A DNA stretch of 64,000 nt from Candidatus Aenigmatarchaeota archaeon (GCA_038998335.1 JAVZHQ010000001.1:448001-512000); one strand, 5' to 3'. Counted from the first letter of the stretch, positions 1 through 10,083 are shown. Made by a program: numbers and translations. The notes: generated from the letters alone by a model not told the origin.

Positions 1-1
1 C

Positions 2-952
2 TCAAATTGTTTGCAAGATTGTCCCTGTCCAGGCTCGCCAGGATGCTGCGGAAGCTCTTGCGGCTGTGGAGCAGGAGAAGTTTGTGAAAATGATGTTTGT
101 GTAACTCCAACTCCCCCTCCCTCTGGTGGAGGACCAACACCTTGTGATCCAAGAAGAGATATAAGTTGTTGTATTCAAACATACGGCCAATGTTGCGATT
201 GTGCAGGTCTAGGTTATTCAAACTGTTATATAGTTCCTTTTAACACTATCTATAAAGATTGTAAAGATCAGTGCATGCATGTTTGCCCTGGAGGTTGTAC
301 ACAATTTACCGATTCTTCAAAATGTTTAAACGTAGGCTGTAAATGGTATAATAATGCTTGTCATGAAACTTTTACTGGAAGCTGTTCAGAGTTAACTGAT
401 TATGAAAGCTGCACTAATGTTGGTTGTAAGTGGTGTGAAGGAATTTGCAAGGATGAATGTAAATTAGACTGGAACTTAACTATTTCCAAGTATCTAGAGA
501 CTTTTGTCAATACTCCTATTAACGCTATTGTTGAGATTAAAAATATAGGAGATAAAAGTGTAACAAACGTAAAAGTAAATATTCTCAATGTTTCTTCTGA
601 TATAGAATACCAAGTTTCTCCAAGCTCTTATTCAAGAATTTCTCCTGGTGAAACAAAAAGTTTTGTTATAACTCTTAACCCAAAGAAAGTGGGAAATTAT
701 GAGATTAGAATTAATATAACTTCAAACGAAGTTTTTCATTTTACTGAAATTAATTTGATAGCAAATGAACCACCTTCTTTCCATCCCGAACTTTTAACCA
801 TGATTATTTTATTATGGATTATTGCTGGCTTAACAATAATGCTTACTTTCGTTTCCTACAAGCTTTATATGAGAAGAAAAATGAAAAAAATAAAAGTTGT
901 AGAAAAACCTAAGGAAGAACATAGGGAAGAAGAGGCTGAATACTTAGAGTAA
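2..952 (+). CDS. Cys-rich cell-surface protein with CARDB/Ig-like domain and C-terminal TM anchor (5'-truncated by window edge)
   Basis: Frame open from position 2 (SNCLQDCPC...). Many Cys motifs, an Ig-like segment (VEIKNIGDKSVTNVKV...ISPGETKSF), then a hydrophobic helix and a basic/acidic tail. Confidence 0.75.
   Translation, partial: SNCLQDCPCPGSPGCCGSSCGCGAGEVCENDVCVTPTPPPSGGGPTPCDPRRDISCCIQTYGQCCDCAGLGYSNCYIVPFNTIYKDCKDQCMHVCPGGCTQFTDSSKCLNVGCKWYNNACHETFTGSCSELTDYESCTNVGCKWCEGICKDECKLDWNLTISKYLETFVNTPINAIVEIKNIGDKSVTNVKVNILNVSSDIEYQVSPSSYSRISPGETKSFVITLNPKKVGNYEIRINITSNEVFHFTEINLIANEPPSFHPELLTMIILLWIIAGLTIMLTFVSYKLYMRRKMKKIKVVEKPKEEHREEEAEYLE
296..448 (+). repeat. Two tandem Cys-rich peptide repeats CxxxTDxxxCxNVGCKWxxxxC
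   Basis: CTQFTDSSKCLNVGCKWYNNAC and CSELTDYESCTNVGCKWCEGIC in the first ORF. Confidence 0.7.
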
Positions 953-1008
953 AGCTTTTCTAATTTTTTATATAAAAGTTAAAAGAATAAACATTAAAAG
1001 TGTTGATT

Positions 1009-2580
1009 ATGGAAAAAGTATCAGTCCCGAAAAAGGAAAATAAGAACATAGAATTTAAGGAAAAGTTAATCTCTTCTGTACACTTGAAAGAAGATAAAAA
1101 ACAACATCTAGCATCGCAAATGAAGTTTAGGCTTGAGGTAGGTGATGGAAAAGCAGTTTATATTCTTGGAGTTGATGATAAAGGAAATGCAAAAGGCTTA
1201 AGCGAGATAGAGTTTGAAGAAAGCTTAAATGTTTTGAAAGTGATAGCAAGAGAAATTAATGCTGAAATCGAGAAAGTTGAAAAATTTTTAGAAAACGGAA
1301 AAATTATCGGAAGAATTCTAATAGTAAAAAAATATGAGAGTAAAGGAAAACAACATATAACTATAGGAGTTTGCGGACATGTAGCACATGGAAAATCAAC
1401 TTTGATAGCTACTTTAATGACTGGTAAGCCAGATAAAAATGGAAAAGCTTGGCTTTACTTGAATGTTTTACCTCACGAAATTGAAAGAGGTTTATCTGCT
1501 GATTTACATTATGCTTTGTATGGTTTTGAAAAAGGAAAACCTTTACATTTGAATAATCCTTTGGACAAGAAAGAGAGAGCAAAAATTGTAGAAAAAGCTG
1601 AAAAAATAATCAGCTTTGTTGATACTGTAGGGCATGAGCCTTGGTTAAGGACTACTATTCGCGGATTAGTAGGACAAAACTTAGATTATGGAATACTCGT
1701 TATAGCTGCAGACGATGGTATAACTCACATAACAAAAGAGCATTTGGGAATAATGTTAGGAATGAATTTGCCTATAATAATTTGCTTGACAAAAGTAGAT
1801 AAAGTAGGGGAAAAAAGGATAAAGGAAGTTGAAGAGCAAATAGAAGAATTATTGAAGTATGTTGGAAGGGTTCCATTTTCGATTAAAGAAGAAAAGGATA
1901 TTGAATTAATAGTGGATAAAGTTGAAACTATAGTGCCTATAATTAAACTATCTTCTAAAACTCTTGAAGGGTTTGAATTGTTAAACAAGCTTTTATACTA
2001 TTTGCCTGAGAGGGAAAAAGAAATTAAAAAGCCTTTTCTCATGTTTATCGATAGAATATATAATGTGAGTGGAGTTGGAACCGTTGTTTCTGGAAGCATA
2101 AAACAAGGAAGGCTCAAAGCTGGTTCAGAATTGTTGCTTGGCCCTGATAGTTCGGGAAACTTTAAAAAAATAAAAGCAAAAAGTATAGAGATGCATTATT
2201 GTCCTTTGGAAGAAGCTAACGCAGGCCTAGTTGTTGGAATTGCTGTTCATGGAGTTAAACATGAAGAAGTTAAAAGAGGAATGATACTTTGTGATAAGGA
2301 AATGCAACCAAAAGCTGTAAGAAGTTTTGAGGCAGAAATCCTAGTTTTAAATCATCCTACTCGCATAGCTTCGGGTTATGAGCCTGTTGTTCATTATTAT
2401 ACTGTAGCAGAAGTAGCAAGGATTGAATGTCTAGATAAAGAATACTTAAAATCAGGAGACTCAGGAAAAGTTAGGTTTACTTTTAAGTACTCTCCCCACT
2501 TCCTTGAAGAAGGGGGAAACTTTGTTTTTAGAGAGGGGAAAACAAAGGGAATAGGTACCATTACCAAAATAATTGGCTAG
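1009..2580 (+). CDS. Archaeal GTPBP1-type translational GTPase (EF-Tu/SelB superfamily)
   Basis: G1 GHVAHGKST, ERGLS, G3 DTVGHE, G4 TKVD, EF-Tu-like domains II/III (FVFREGKTKGIG), N-terminal NIEFKE extension. Confidence 0.88.
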   Translation: MEKVSVPKKENKNIEFKEKLISSVHLKEDKKQHLASQMKFRLEVGDGKAVYILGVDDKGNAKGLSEIEFEESLNVLKVIAREINAEIEKVEKFLENGKIIGRILIVKKYESKGKQHITIGVCGHVAHGKSTLIATLMTGKPDKNGKAWLYLNVLPHEIERGLSADLHYALYGFEKGKPLHLNNPLDKKERAKIVEKAEKIISFVDTVGHEPWLRTTIRGLVGQNLDYGILVIAADDGITHITKEHLGIMLGMNLPIIICLTKVDKVGEKRIKEVEEQIEELLKYVGRVPFSIKEEKDIELIVDKVETIVPIIKLSSKTLEGFELLNKLLYYLPEREKEIKKPFLMFIDRIYNVSGVGTVVSGSIKQGRLKAGSELLLGPDSSGNFKKIKAKSIEMHYCPLEEANAGLVVGIAVHGVKHEEVKRGMILCDKEMQPKAVRSFEAEILVLNHPTRIASGYEPVVHYYTVAEVARIECLDKEYLKSGDSGKVRFTFKYSPHFLEEGGNFVFREGKTKGIGTITKIIG

Positions 2581-2587
2581 GTGTGAG

Positions 2588-3526
2588 ATGAAGATAACTC
2601 TGGAAAAAGCAGCAGAAAAGCTACTTAAAGAAAATTTAAAATTGAAAAAAGGCGAAAGGGTAGTGGTCGTAACTGACAGAAAAAATTGTCAGATATTTAA
2701 AGCAATTTGTTTTGCTGTTAAGTTAAAAGGAGGTAAACTAAAAAAGATAAGATTGAAAAGAAAAAGACAGCACAGTGAACCTTTACCTTATCTGAAAAAA
2801 GTTTTTAGTGAAAGTGATGTGATAGTTGGTATTACTGACAAAAGCATTTCTCACTGTCCTGAAGTAAGAGTTGCTAGAAAGAAGTTTGGCGCTAGGGTAA
2901 TTTCTATGGTTGAAGTAGATGAAAAATTATTTTTGAAAGGTATAAAAGCGAATCAAAAAAAGATAAAAGCTATTGGAAATAAACTTGCAAGGAAATTAAG
3001 AAAATGTAAAAAAGTTAAGATTCTCACTAAGAAAGGAACTAATTTAGTGGTGAATGTTATTAAAAATGCTATAGGTATAGATGACGGCGATTCCACTAAG
3101 AAAGGAAAACTTAGCAACTTCCCTTATGGAGAAGTAACGATAGCACCAATAAATGTTGCAAAAGGAATTGTTGCTATTGATTTTTCTAGGATTGGGATCG
3201 AACCAAAAGATAATGCTCAAATAATACTTAAAAAAGGAAAAATTGTAGATTATAACGAAAAAGCCAAAAAGTTTGTTGAATTTCTTAAAAGAGTTGATGG
3301 TGAAAAAGCTTTAAGAATAGTTGAGCTGGGTTTTGGTATAAACCCTGGGCATAGAAACTTGATAGGAAAAATAATCCATGATGAAAAAATTATTGGCTCA
3401 GTTCATGTAGCTTTTGGAGGGTTTGGAAATAAAAGGAAATGTAAAATTCATGAGGATGTGATTTTGCTTAAGCCAACAGTATTTTTTGACGATAAAATGG
3501 TAATTAAAAACGGAAAAATAATTTAA
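2588..3526 (+). CDS. Aminopeptidase, M29/thermophilic metalloprotease-like
   Basis: NFPYGEV, ELGFGINP, DEKIIGSVHVAFG and IHEDV motifs. Confidence 0.8.
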   Translation: MKITLEKAAEKLLKENLKLKKGERVVVVTDRKNCQIFKAICFAVKLKGGKLKKIRLKRKRQHSEPLPYLKKVFSESDVIVGITDKSISHCPEVRVARKKFGARVISMVEVDEKLFLKGIKANQKKIKAIGNKLARKLRKCKKVKILTKKGTNLVVNVIKNAIGIDDGDSTKKGKLSNFPYGEVTIAPINVAKGIVAIDFSRIGIEPKDNAQIILKKGKIVDYNEKAKKFVEFLKRVDGEKALRIVELGFGINPGHRNLIGKIIHDEKIIGSVHVAFGGFGNKRKCKIHEDVILLKPTVFFDDKMVIKNGKII

Positions 3527-3536
3527 GGCTTTTATC

Positions 3537-4667
3537 TTATTTTTCTTCTTCCTTAACTTCTTTCTCCTTCAAAACTTTTGCTAAATCGCGAATTAGTTTT
3601 CTTACATATTCCCTCATTTCATAAACTTCTTTATCAGGAATTTCAGTTATTTTCTTTTCGTCAGCAAGCTTTTTCATGTTTTCAATTTTCTGCCAAATGT
3701 CCCAGTAATAGTTTTCTATAAGCTTAGCATCGATAAATTCTTTCTTAAAAGTTAAAGGAATTTCTTCTTCCTTTTCAGGCATCTTCTTCAAAGTTTTTAA
3801 AGCAGTTATTGCTGCTTTGTGCATAACTTCATAAGTTCTTTCCAAGATTTTTTCTTTTTTCCTCAGCTCTAAAGCGTTAAGTAAGCCAAACATTTTTTCA
3901 ACAAATTTTTCTGCTTTATTTATCCATTCATCGACAAAAGCTCCGCTTACATCAGTAAGCTCTTTGTGCTCAATCTTCTTCCTTATTTCAATAATTTCTT
4001 TTAACCATTCAGCATACTCTGGCTCTAAAATTCCTGGCTCAACCAAAAATTTTTTCACTTCATCATAAGCTTTACTTGGAACAGGAGGAGCTAGTCCCAT
4101 AAACATCAAAACTGCTTGGGCAGTGTTGAGCATAGCATAATAACAATCTTCGGCAAGCATTAGTAGCTTAACAGTTTTTGCACGCATTATTTTTTTGGGA
4201 GCACCTTCCATGTAACTTTCTATAGCCTCTCTTGTTGCAGGTATTCTTCCCATTTCTAAAAGCTTTTTTATTGGAGCAAAGAAGCCAGTATCGTAAATTG
4301 GTATTCCTTCCTTTATGAAATTATAAATTATAGGGTGACAAACTCTTGCATAATCCCAGAATTCAGTTAAAGTATAACTTGGTTGAACAGAAATTCTTTC
4401 AGAAATCTTTTCTGCAATTTTTTCTAAATCTTCATCTATTTTTTCTTGTTCTTCAGGGGTTATTTGAAAAGAAGTATCGTCCAAAACAACAAAAACATCA
4501 ATATCACTTTTTGGTTTAAACTCTTCTCTTGCAACGCTTCCCATCATAACTATGCATTTTATGTATTTCCCGTATTTTTCCAAAACTTTTTGGGCAAAAT
4601 CTTTAACTTCTTTAAGCCTTTTCTCTTTTGTTTCTTCTTTTTCTTGATTTTTCTTTTTCGACATCAT
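3537..4667 (-). CDS. Nucleotidyltransferase (Pol beta/MNT) - HEPN fusion protein
   Basis: GSVAR...SDIDVFVVLDD NTase motif; HEPN helices CYYAMLNTAQAVL with R-x4-H (RKKIEH); extra helical C-terminal domain. Confidence 0.8.
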   Translation of the reverse strand: MMSKKKNQEKEETKEKRLKEVKDFAQKVLEKYGKYIKCIVMMGSVAREEFKPKSDIDVFVVLDDTSFQITPEEQEKIDEDLEKIAEKISERISVQPSYTLTEFWDYARVCHPIIYNFIKEGIPIYDTGFFAPIKKLLEMGRIPATREAIESYMEGAPKKIMRAKTVKLLMLAEDCYYAMLNTAQAVLMFMGLAPPVPSKAYDEVKKFLVEPGILEPEYAEWLKEIIEIRKKIEHKELTDVSGAFVDEWINKAEKFVEKMFGLLNALELRKKEKILERTYEVMHKAAITALKTLKKMPEKEEEIPLTFKKEFIDAKLIENYYWDIWQKIENMKKLADEKKITEIPDKEVYEMREYVRKLIRDLAKVLKEKEVKEEEK

Positions 4668-5518
4668 TCTTCCTCCTCTGGCAACTCCTCGCCAATTATT
4701 TCTTTTGGTAGTAAACTCTTAAACCTCTCGATTATTTCTTTTGTAAGTCTTAAGGCTTTTTCTAAATGTTCAGTAGTTACTTCTTTTATCACTTTATGGT
4801 CTACATCCTTCCAAAGCTTGTCTAATTCTTTAAATTTCTCTATGTATTCTTTTTCAAGTTTATTCTCTGCAACAAGCTTTTCCAAGTATTCAGGAATAGC
4901 TTTTTGGTCGGGCTGAGCCTTATAGTAATACATAATCACAGCTTGGCATATGTCTGTAGCAGAGTACCTTAACTCAAAAATCATTGACTTTATATCTAGC
5001 TTAATTTTTCTGAACCTTGCTTCGCTTGCTCTTGCTTTTAGACTAACTGTTTCCTCGCTAGGAGGAATCAAACCCATTTGAAGCATTCTTTGCACAGGCT
5101 TGATAAAACCTGTGTCATAAATTACTAAACCGTATCTTAAAAAGTTTACAAGCTCGGGAGAACCCATCTTAACCCAGTTCCAAAACTCTGTTAGAGGAGT
5201 AGTTTGAACATGTAATTCTTTGAGCTGATGGGCAATAAGATAAAGATGAGTTGTTACTTTTTCTAAATCTTCTGAACTTTTAGTAGCTGTATCGTCAAGA
5301 ATAACCCAAACATCTGCATCACTTCCTTTAACCATCGTACCTTTAGCTGCAGAACCAAAAATCAAAACTGACTTTATTAAATCGCCGTACTGCCTTCTTG
5401 CTTCGTTAGTAAAAGCAACAACTTTTGAATAAATTTCTTTTGGAGTTTTGATTTCCTCTTTTTCTTCCTTTTTCACAAGCTTTACTTCTTCTAACTCATC
5501 TTCCAGCTTTTCTATCAT
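4664..5518 (-). CDS. Nucleotidyltransferase - HEPN-like fusion protein, paralog of 3537-4667
   Basis: FGSAAK...SDADVWVILDD; shares YDTGF..P...L.MG.IP motif with its neighbour; HEPN motif degenerate (WKDVDH). Confidence 0.78.
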   Translation of the reverse strand: MIEKLEDELEEVKLVKKEEKEEIKTPKEIYSKVVAFTNEARRQYGDLIKSVLIFGSAAKGTMVKGSDADVWVILDDTATKSSEDLEKVTTHLYLIAHQLKELHVQTTPLTEFWNWVKMGSPELVNFLRYGLVIYDTGFIKPVQRMLQMGLIPPSEETVSLKARASEARFRKIKLDIKSMIFELRYSATDICQAVIMYYYKAQPDQKAIPEYLEKLVAENKLEKEYIEKFKELDKLWKDVDHKVIKEVTTEHLEKALRLTKEIIERFKSLLPKEIIGEELPEEEE

Positions 5519-5581
5519 TTTCTCACATTTAATAGTTATACAGGTTAAATATTACCTTTTGTATTTAAATAATAAAAGTAA

Positions 5582-7369
5582 CTATTTTAACTCTTCCTTC
5601 TTCCACTTTTCTGGTGTCATTCCAGGCTTTTGCAAAGCTGCACCACCTAGAAAAGTATATTCTTCTTCTGGAACAACTATTAATCCTTTTATTGGGTCGA
5701 AAGCATGCTCCCTTATGATAACTCTTTGTCTTTCAGGAGATGCAATTTCTTGAGTTGCAACTCCAAAAAACTCTGGTTTGTTTATAAGCTCTTCTGGAGG
5801 AGTATCTTTTTGCAAGAAGTCAGCCATAATTCTTATCGCAGTAACACTTCTTTTGAAAGGGTCATCACCACCTCCTCTTTCATATATTAGATAAACAGTG
5901 TGATGCTTTCCCAGGCCAGCTTTTCTTAAAGTCCAAAGAAGCTTGTAAACTTCTACATCTCCAGGCTCAACCTCAATATGATGGTGCAAAGGAGAAGGTT
6001 TTGTAACGTGTAAAGTTAAAATGTATTTACCAATATCTGGAACAAGTTTAATTAGCTCTGAATATTCGTAAAGCGGGTCAACGCCTTGAGTCGAAAGATG
6101 TTCGCTATCTATAATCATAAAAATCTTTTCTGCCCAATCTTTTGTTTTAGGGTCTTTTGCTAATTCTTCTCTTAAAACTTTAATCGCAACATAAATTTGC
6201 TTAGGATGCCATAAAGGATATAAACCAGCATAAGTAGGTGATCTAGCATCAGGGTTTTCTATAGCAATCTTAAATTCTTTAATTATTTTCTCAAAATTCT
6301 TTTTTTCTTCTTCTATTTTGCCAGGAGATAAAACTTTAATCTTTTCTTCTATTTCTTTTGGCAATTCGTTGATAATAAACTCGATTAACTTTTTTATATG
6401 CCCACAAAGATACTTTGCACTAACACAAGCGTAGTAAAACTCCTTGAACTTTCTTTCATCAGGACCAGAAGCCTTTTTTGCTATTTCAAACATCTCATCT
6501 ATATAATCTTTCCCTCTTTCTATATCATCTATAACAGGTGAAAAGGCTCTTGATTTGATTTCAGGAGGAAGCTTTTCTTCTAATCTTTTCAAAACATCTT
6601 CGTAAAGTTTTGCCATTTCTTTCCAAATAGGGTCTTGTGTATAGTAAAGATAGTGAAACATTATTTTGTAAATTACGTTCAAATTCCCCACTTCTTCTAT
6701 AAACCATTTTTTTCCTTCAGCCAAATGCTGCTCAACAGCTTCTCTAATTCTTTTTTCTCTAACTTTGCTTACTTCCTCTAGCTTAAACTTTCCTTCTCTA
6801 ACTTCTTCTTCTATCATCGCCAAGATTTGTCCTACTGTATGGGGCCCGATTATTGCGTCATCATACTCTAAAGGATGCCTGCTTATTCTGCAAAACCATT
6901 TTCTTAAGGGTTCACACTCTTTCAACTTAGGACGAGAAATATGTTCTCCCGATTCGTCAACCATTATAACAACCATCCTTGCTTCAGCATAAGTCAAAAG
7001 CTCAACCCAAGGATAAAGGCAAGAATGAAAATCTATATATTTACAACCACCAAAAATCGCTGAAATAGTTGATTTTCTTAAGTGGTCATCAGCTTCTCTC
7101 CAATGCTCAGCGTCGCCCATTTCAATAGGCACGGTTAAGCTACCGTGAAAAGTTAGCTCTAAATTTTGCTTTTCTGCTATGTAGCGCAACTCTTTTCCCA
7201 TAGAATAATCTATTTCATGTGGAACGTCGCCTGCAATTTCGATAACGTTTGCTCCTCTTGTTAAAGCATAGCCTAACTTTCTAATAGCATTCGCTAACTC
7301 AGGAGCCGCTGCTACTGCGTGTAAGCCAGTTGTTACCCCAACTTTAAACTGTTCTTCCAAAAAAATCAC
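5582..7369 (-). CDS. Xylose isomerase/AP endonuclease 2-like TIM-barrel metalloprotein with large helical insertion
   Basis: Ordered metal-ligand-like motifs LTFH, IDFH, IAIEN, IDSEH, LHV, HHH, IYERG; about 250 aa helical insert between IDFH and IAIEN. Confidence 0.65.
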   Translation of the reverse strand: MIFLEEQFKVGVTTGLHAVAAAPELANAIRKLGYALTRGANVIEIAGDVPHEIDYSMGKELRYIAEKQNLELTFHGSLTVPIEMGDAEHWREADDHLRKSTISAIFGGCKYIDFHSCLYPWVELLTYAEARMVVIMVDESGEHISRPKLKECEPLRKWFCRISRHPLEYDDAIIGPHTVGQILAMIEEEVREGKFKLEEVSKVREKRIREAVEQHLAEGKKWFIEEVGNLNVIYKIMFHYLYYTQDPIWKEMAKLYEDVLKRLEEKLPPEIKSRAFSPVIDDIERGKDYIDEMFEIAKKASGPDERKFKEFYYACVSAKYLCGHIKKLIEFIINELPKEIEEKIKVLSPGKIEEEKKNFEKIIKEFKIAIENPDARSPTYAGLYPLWHPKQIYVAIKVLREELAKDPKTKDWAEKIFMIIDSEHLSTQGVDPLYEYSELIKLVPDIGKYILTLHVTKPSPLHHHIEVEPGDVEVYKLLWTLRKAGLGKHHTVYLIYERGGGDDPFKRSVTAIRIMADFLQKDTPPEELINKPEFFGVATQEIASPERQRVIIREHAFDPIKGLIVVPEEEYTFLGGAALQKPGMTPEKWKKEELK

Positions 7370-9120
7370 CAGTAAACTTCAAAACCTGGAACTTCAAACT
7401 TTGTTTTGAGAAAGTTTGCAACTAAACCAAAATGTCTTCCTGTAATTGTTTGATAAAATTTTGTTAGTCTGTCATTAGGAATAAACTCATAAGGTCCATA
7501 AGCTCTGAAAAAAGCCATTTCAAAACCTAAGCTTCTAAAGAGATTGCTAATACCTTCCTTAATCTTGTTAAATTGCTCGATAAACTTTTTTCTTTGGAGA
7601 TAAGCTTTATCGCTTGCCGAAATAAAAACTTTTGGCTTTTCTTTTTTCTCTTTTTCTCCGTAGATTTCAGGAAACTCTTCTTCCAGCAATTCTTTTATTG
7701 GTTTACCTTCTACAGCCTCGCCTAGCATTTGACTTATATAATTTTCAAGTTGTTTGTCTCTTGCTATTATTTCAAGACAATGACATATTATCAAATTTTG
7801 GGTTTGGGTGTAAGCTTTTAGTGTATCTACCATAATATTTTCAATTTCAGGTCCTGCTGGTGGTATTCTTACAACAGTTCTTGAAATTGGTATATCAAGG
7901 AAAACATAGTAAGGAGAAAAAACCCAGGCTTCTGTCATGCCTAAACCTTTTGTAGATTTTTCAAATTGATCTATAAGCATCTCTCTTGCTTTCAGAAGGT
8001 CTAAAGGATTGAACTTAACGTTATACTCTTTCTCTATTTCTGGGATCATTTTCCTTACTACACTATCTATCGAAGGCTCAACTGGTAAAGCCTTAACATA
8101 ACCGTCAAAATCTTCACCTTTTTTCTCATATATGAATGTTATTTCCTCTTCTGTGAAACCTGCTTTAGCCAAAGAAATCTTGTCAAAACTTTCTCTTACA
8201 ACTTTATACTTTTCTTCAACAGCAAAAGGTTTCCAAGCATATATTCTCATAAAATCTATCGATAAGGCTTGAGCGTCTGGTCTAAAAAATAGTTTAATCA
8301 TTCCTCTTCCTTCAGGACTTGAAAGCGCATCATTTATCATCTTATACCTTGCTATACTTGGCTTAAGCATTTCTTTGTATTCTTCAACAGATTTTCTTCT
8401 TGCCTCAACCAATTGCCTCAAACTTTTATACCTATTCTTAACAGTTTCGCCAAAAAGTCTGTCTCGCCATTCTAAGTAAAGTTTGTTTTTTGTAGCTAGC
8501 ACAACGCCTTCTGCTTCTGAAACGTTAAGCTTTTTTGCTATTTTTTCTGGCTCTGTATCTTCATCGCTTAACTTCATAAAATCTGCTATAATAGTTGGCC
8601 ATCTTATGGCAATTTCTCTTAAAGCAATTCCTGGGCCTGTATGAGCATCTACCAAATCTATAAAAACTGCTTTTAGAGATTGATCACCTTCTTTTACCAA
8701 CTTTTCCCCTTCTTCTTTTTTTCCTTCTTTAATCAGTTTTTTTCCTTTTTCTATTTTTGTATAGTAATCCAAAAACTCTTTGTATTTTCTTAAGTCGTGC
8801 ATTACTAATTCTAAATCAGAGATTGCAGTTGCTACGCTAGCTAAACCAGCTTTTATCGTAGCCTCTAAAGCCTCTTTTTGTCTTAAAGTTAACTCGTAGT
8901 ATTCTCTAAATACAGGAGAAACAAAAATAGATTCTTCTACTTTATACCTTACGAAACCCCATTTTGGTAGCTGGAACATTAAAGAATAGTAGACTCCTGT
9001 GCATCTTCCCAAAGGTGTAGTAAAATCTAGAAGCTCTTCTGCTTCAAAAGGCTTAGCGTTGATTCCTTGCCCTGGTGGAATTTCTGCCGGAGGAAACGGA
9101 CCTTCTGGATATTTTATCAT
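7366..9120 (-). CDS. Hypothetical coiled-coil protein (584 aa)
   Basis: Long ORF with host-like codon usage; GTGA overlap with the downstream gene; heptad-rich N-terminal half. Confidence 0.8.
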   Translation of the reverse strand: MIKYPEGPFPPAEIPPGQGINAKPFEAEELLDFTTPLGRCTGVYYSLMFQLPKWGFVRYKVEESIFVSPVFREYYELTLRQKEALEATIKAGLASVATAISDLELVMHDLRKYKEFLDYYTKIEKGKKLIKEGKKEEGEKLVKEGDQSLKAVFIDLVDAHTGPGIALREIAIRWPTIIADFMKLSDEDTEPEKIAKKLNVSEAEGVVLATKNKLYLEWRDRLFGETVKNRYKSLRQLVEARRKSVEEYKEMLKPSIARYKMINDALSSPEGRGMIKLFFRPDAQALSIDFMRIYAWKPFAVEEKYKVVRESFDKISLAKAGFTEEEITFIYEKKGEDFDGYVKALPVEPSIDSVVRKMIPEIEKEYNVKFNPLDLLKAREMLIDQFEKSTKGLGMTEAWVFSPYYVFLDIPISRTVVRIPPAGPEIENIMVDTLKAYTQTQNLIICHCLEIIARDKQLENYISQMLGEAVEGKPIKELLEEEFPEIYGEKEKKEKPKVFISASDKAYLQRKKFIEQFNKIKEGISNLFRSLGFEMAFFRAYGPYEFIPNDRLTKFYQTITGRHFGLVANFLKTKFEVPGFEVYW

Positions 9121-9145
9121 AATTTAATTTTATGTTTTTTTTCGC

Positions 9146-9304
9146 TTAAACTTTCATTAAAATTAGCCCGATTACCATTAGCAGAATCCCTATAAAAATT
9201 CCTGCCTTTGTCATTTCTTCAGGTTGATATTTTTCTATGTAAGGAAAAGAGATAATAATTAATAAGCCAAAAACAAAACAACCTGCGCCTATTATCTGAT
9301 TCAT
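9146..9304 (-). CDS. 52-aa two-TM membrane microprotein (below ORF-track cutoff)
   Basis: Hand translation MNQIIGAGCFVFGLLIIISFPYIEKYQPEEMTKAGIFIGILLMVIGLILMKV; ATG 9304, TAA 9146-9148. Confidence 0.75.
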   Translation of the reverse strand: MNQIIGAGCFVFGLLIIISFPYIEKYQPEEMTKAGIFIGILLMVIGLILMKV

Positions 9305-9308
9305 ACCA

Positions 9309-9455
9309 TCACTTCAATAATTCTAAACCTATATAAATTAAGCTTGGGCCAAATAAAATTTCTGCTAAGAAAATTTCTTTGCTTGAAGTTCCAAACGCAC
9401 CTAAAAAAAATAAAATTCCGAACAAAAGAAAAATTCCACCAATTATTTTTTCCAT
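9309..9455 (-). CDS. 48-aa two-TM membrane microprotein (below ORF-track cutoff)
   Basis: Hand translation MEKIIGGIFLLFGILFFLGAFGTSSKEIFLAEILFGPSLIYIGLELLK; similar to the adjacent microprotein. Confidence 0.7.
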   Translation of the reverse strand: MEKIIGGIFLLFGILFFLGAFGTSSKEIFLAEILFGPSLIYIGLELLK

Positions 9456-9521
9456 AAATTAAATTTAGAGAAAAGATTAAAATCTTTTTAGTTAGAAGCA
9501 CAAATAATATAAAGTGATAAG

Positions 9522-10076
9522 ATGCCTATATTTGCAAGAACTAAGCTTGTTATACATGACGATTGTTTGTCACCAGCTCCTGGAAGCCCTTATCCAGGAA
9601 TGGCCTATACAAAGCTAGAGTACAAAGGACCTAATCCTCAAAAACTTTATCACAAGATAAAAGAACTTTTTATAAGCATTTGGAAAATTGACCCGCATGA
9701 ACTGCAAGAAAGGGATGTTTCTTGGGACAGGAGCAAGGGGGAAGAAAGGTTTAAAGTTACTTTTGATATGGTAAAAGATTTGGACGTTTTCTCTTTCATT
9801 CAAGTGATAGTTGAGCTTAGCGGCTCAGCAAAACCCAGCAAAGAGTTTGGAAGTGAGGGTTCGGCAACAATAAGAATAGAGGGAAGGCTAAGAACAGAAT
9901 ACCCTCAAGATACTCTATGGCAGAGAAGCTTGCTTTATGAGATGTTTAGAGTTTTTTACCATAGAGTAATCTACGAAGGAACAAGGAAGAAATATTTTGA
10001 ACAATGCAGGACAGATTTGATGAAGTTTATCGAGGAAATAAAATCTTTCCTTAATATTCTTAGCAAGTCAAGCTAG
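9522..10076 (+). CDS. Hypothetical protein, paralog of 10084-10608
   Basis: Shared motifs I.DDCL.P, EY.G..P.K.Y, ERD..WD, GRLRTEY. Confidence 0.8.
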   Translation: MPIFARTKLVIHDDCLSPAPGSPYPGMAYTKLEYKGPNPQKLYHKIKELFISIWKIDPHELQERDVSWDRSKGEERFKVTFDMVKDLDVFSFIQVIVELSGSAKPSKEFGSEGSATIRIEGRLRTEYPQDTLWQRSLLYEMFRVFYHRVIYEGTRKKYFEQCRTDLMKFIEEIKSFLNILSKSS

Positions 10077-10083
10077 TGGTTGA

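Noticed and set aside
4446-4916. This and many other antisense ORFs (e.g. 55879-56358, 60950-61492)
   Set aside because: Ser/Phe/Leu-rich shadow frames of Lys/Glu-rich genes on the opposite strand.
9301-9501. 66-aa ORF from the ORF track
   Set aside because: An alternative frame gives a better 48-aa two-TM protein paralogous to its neighbour.
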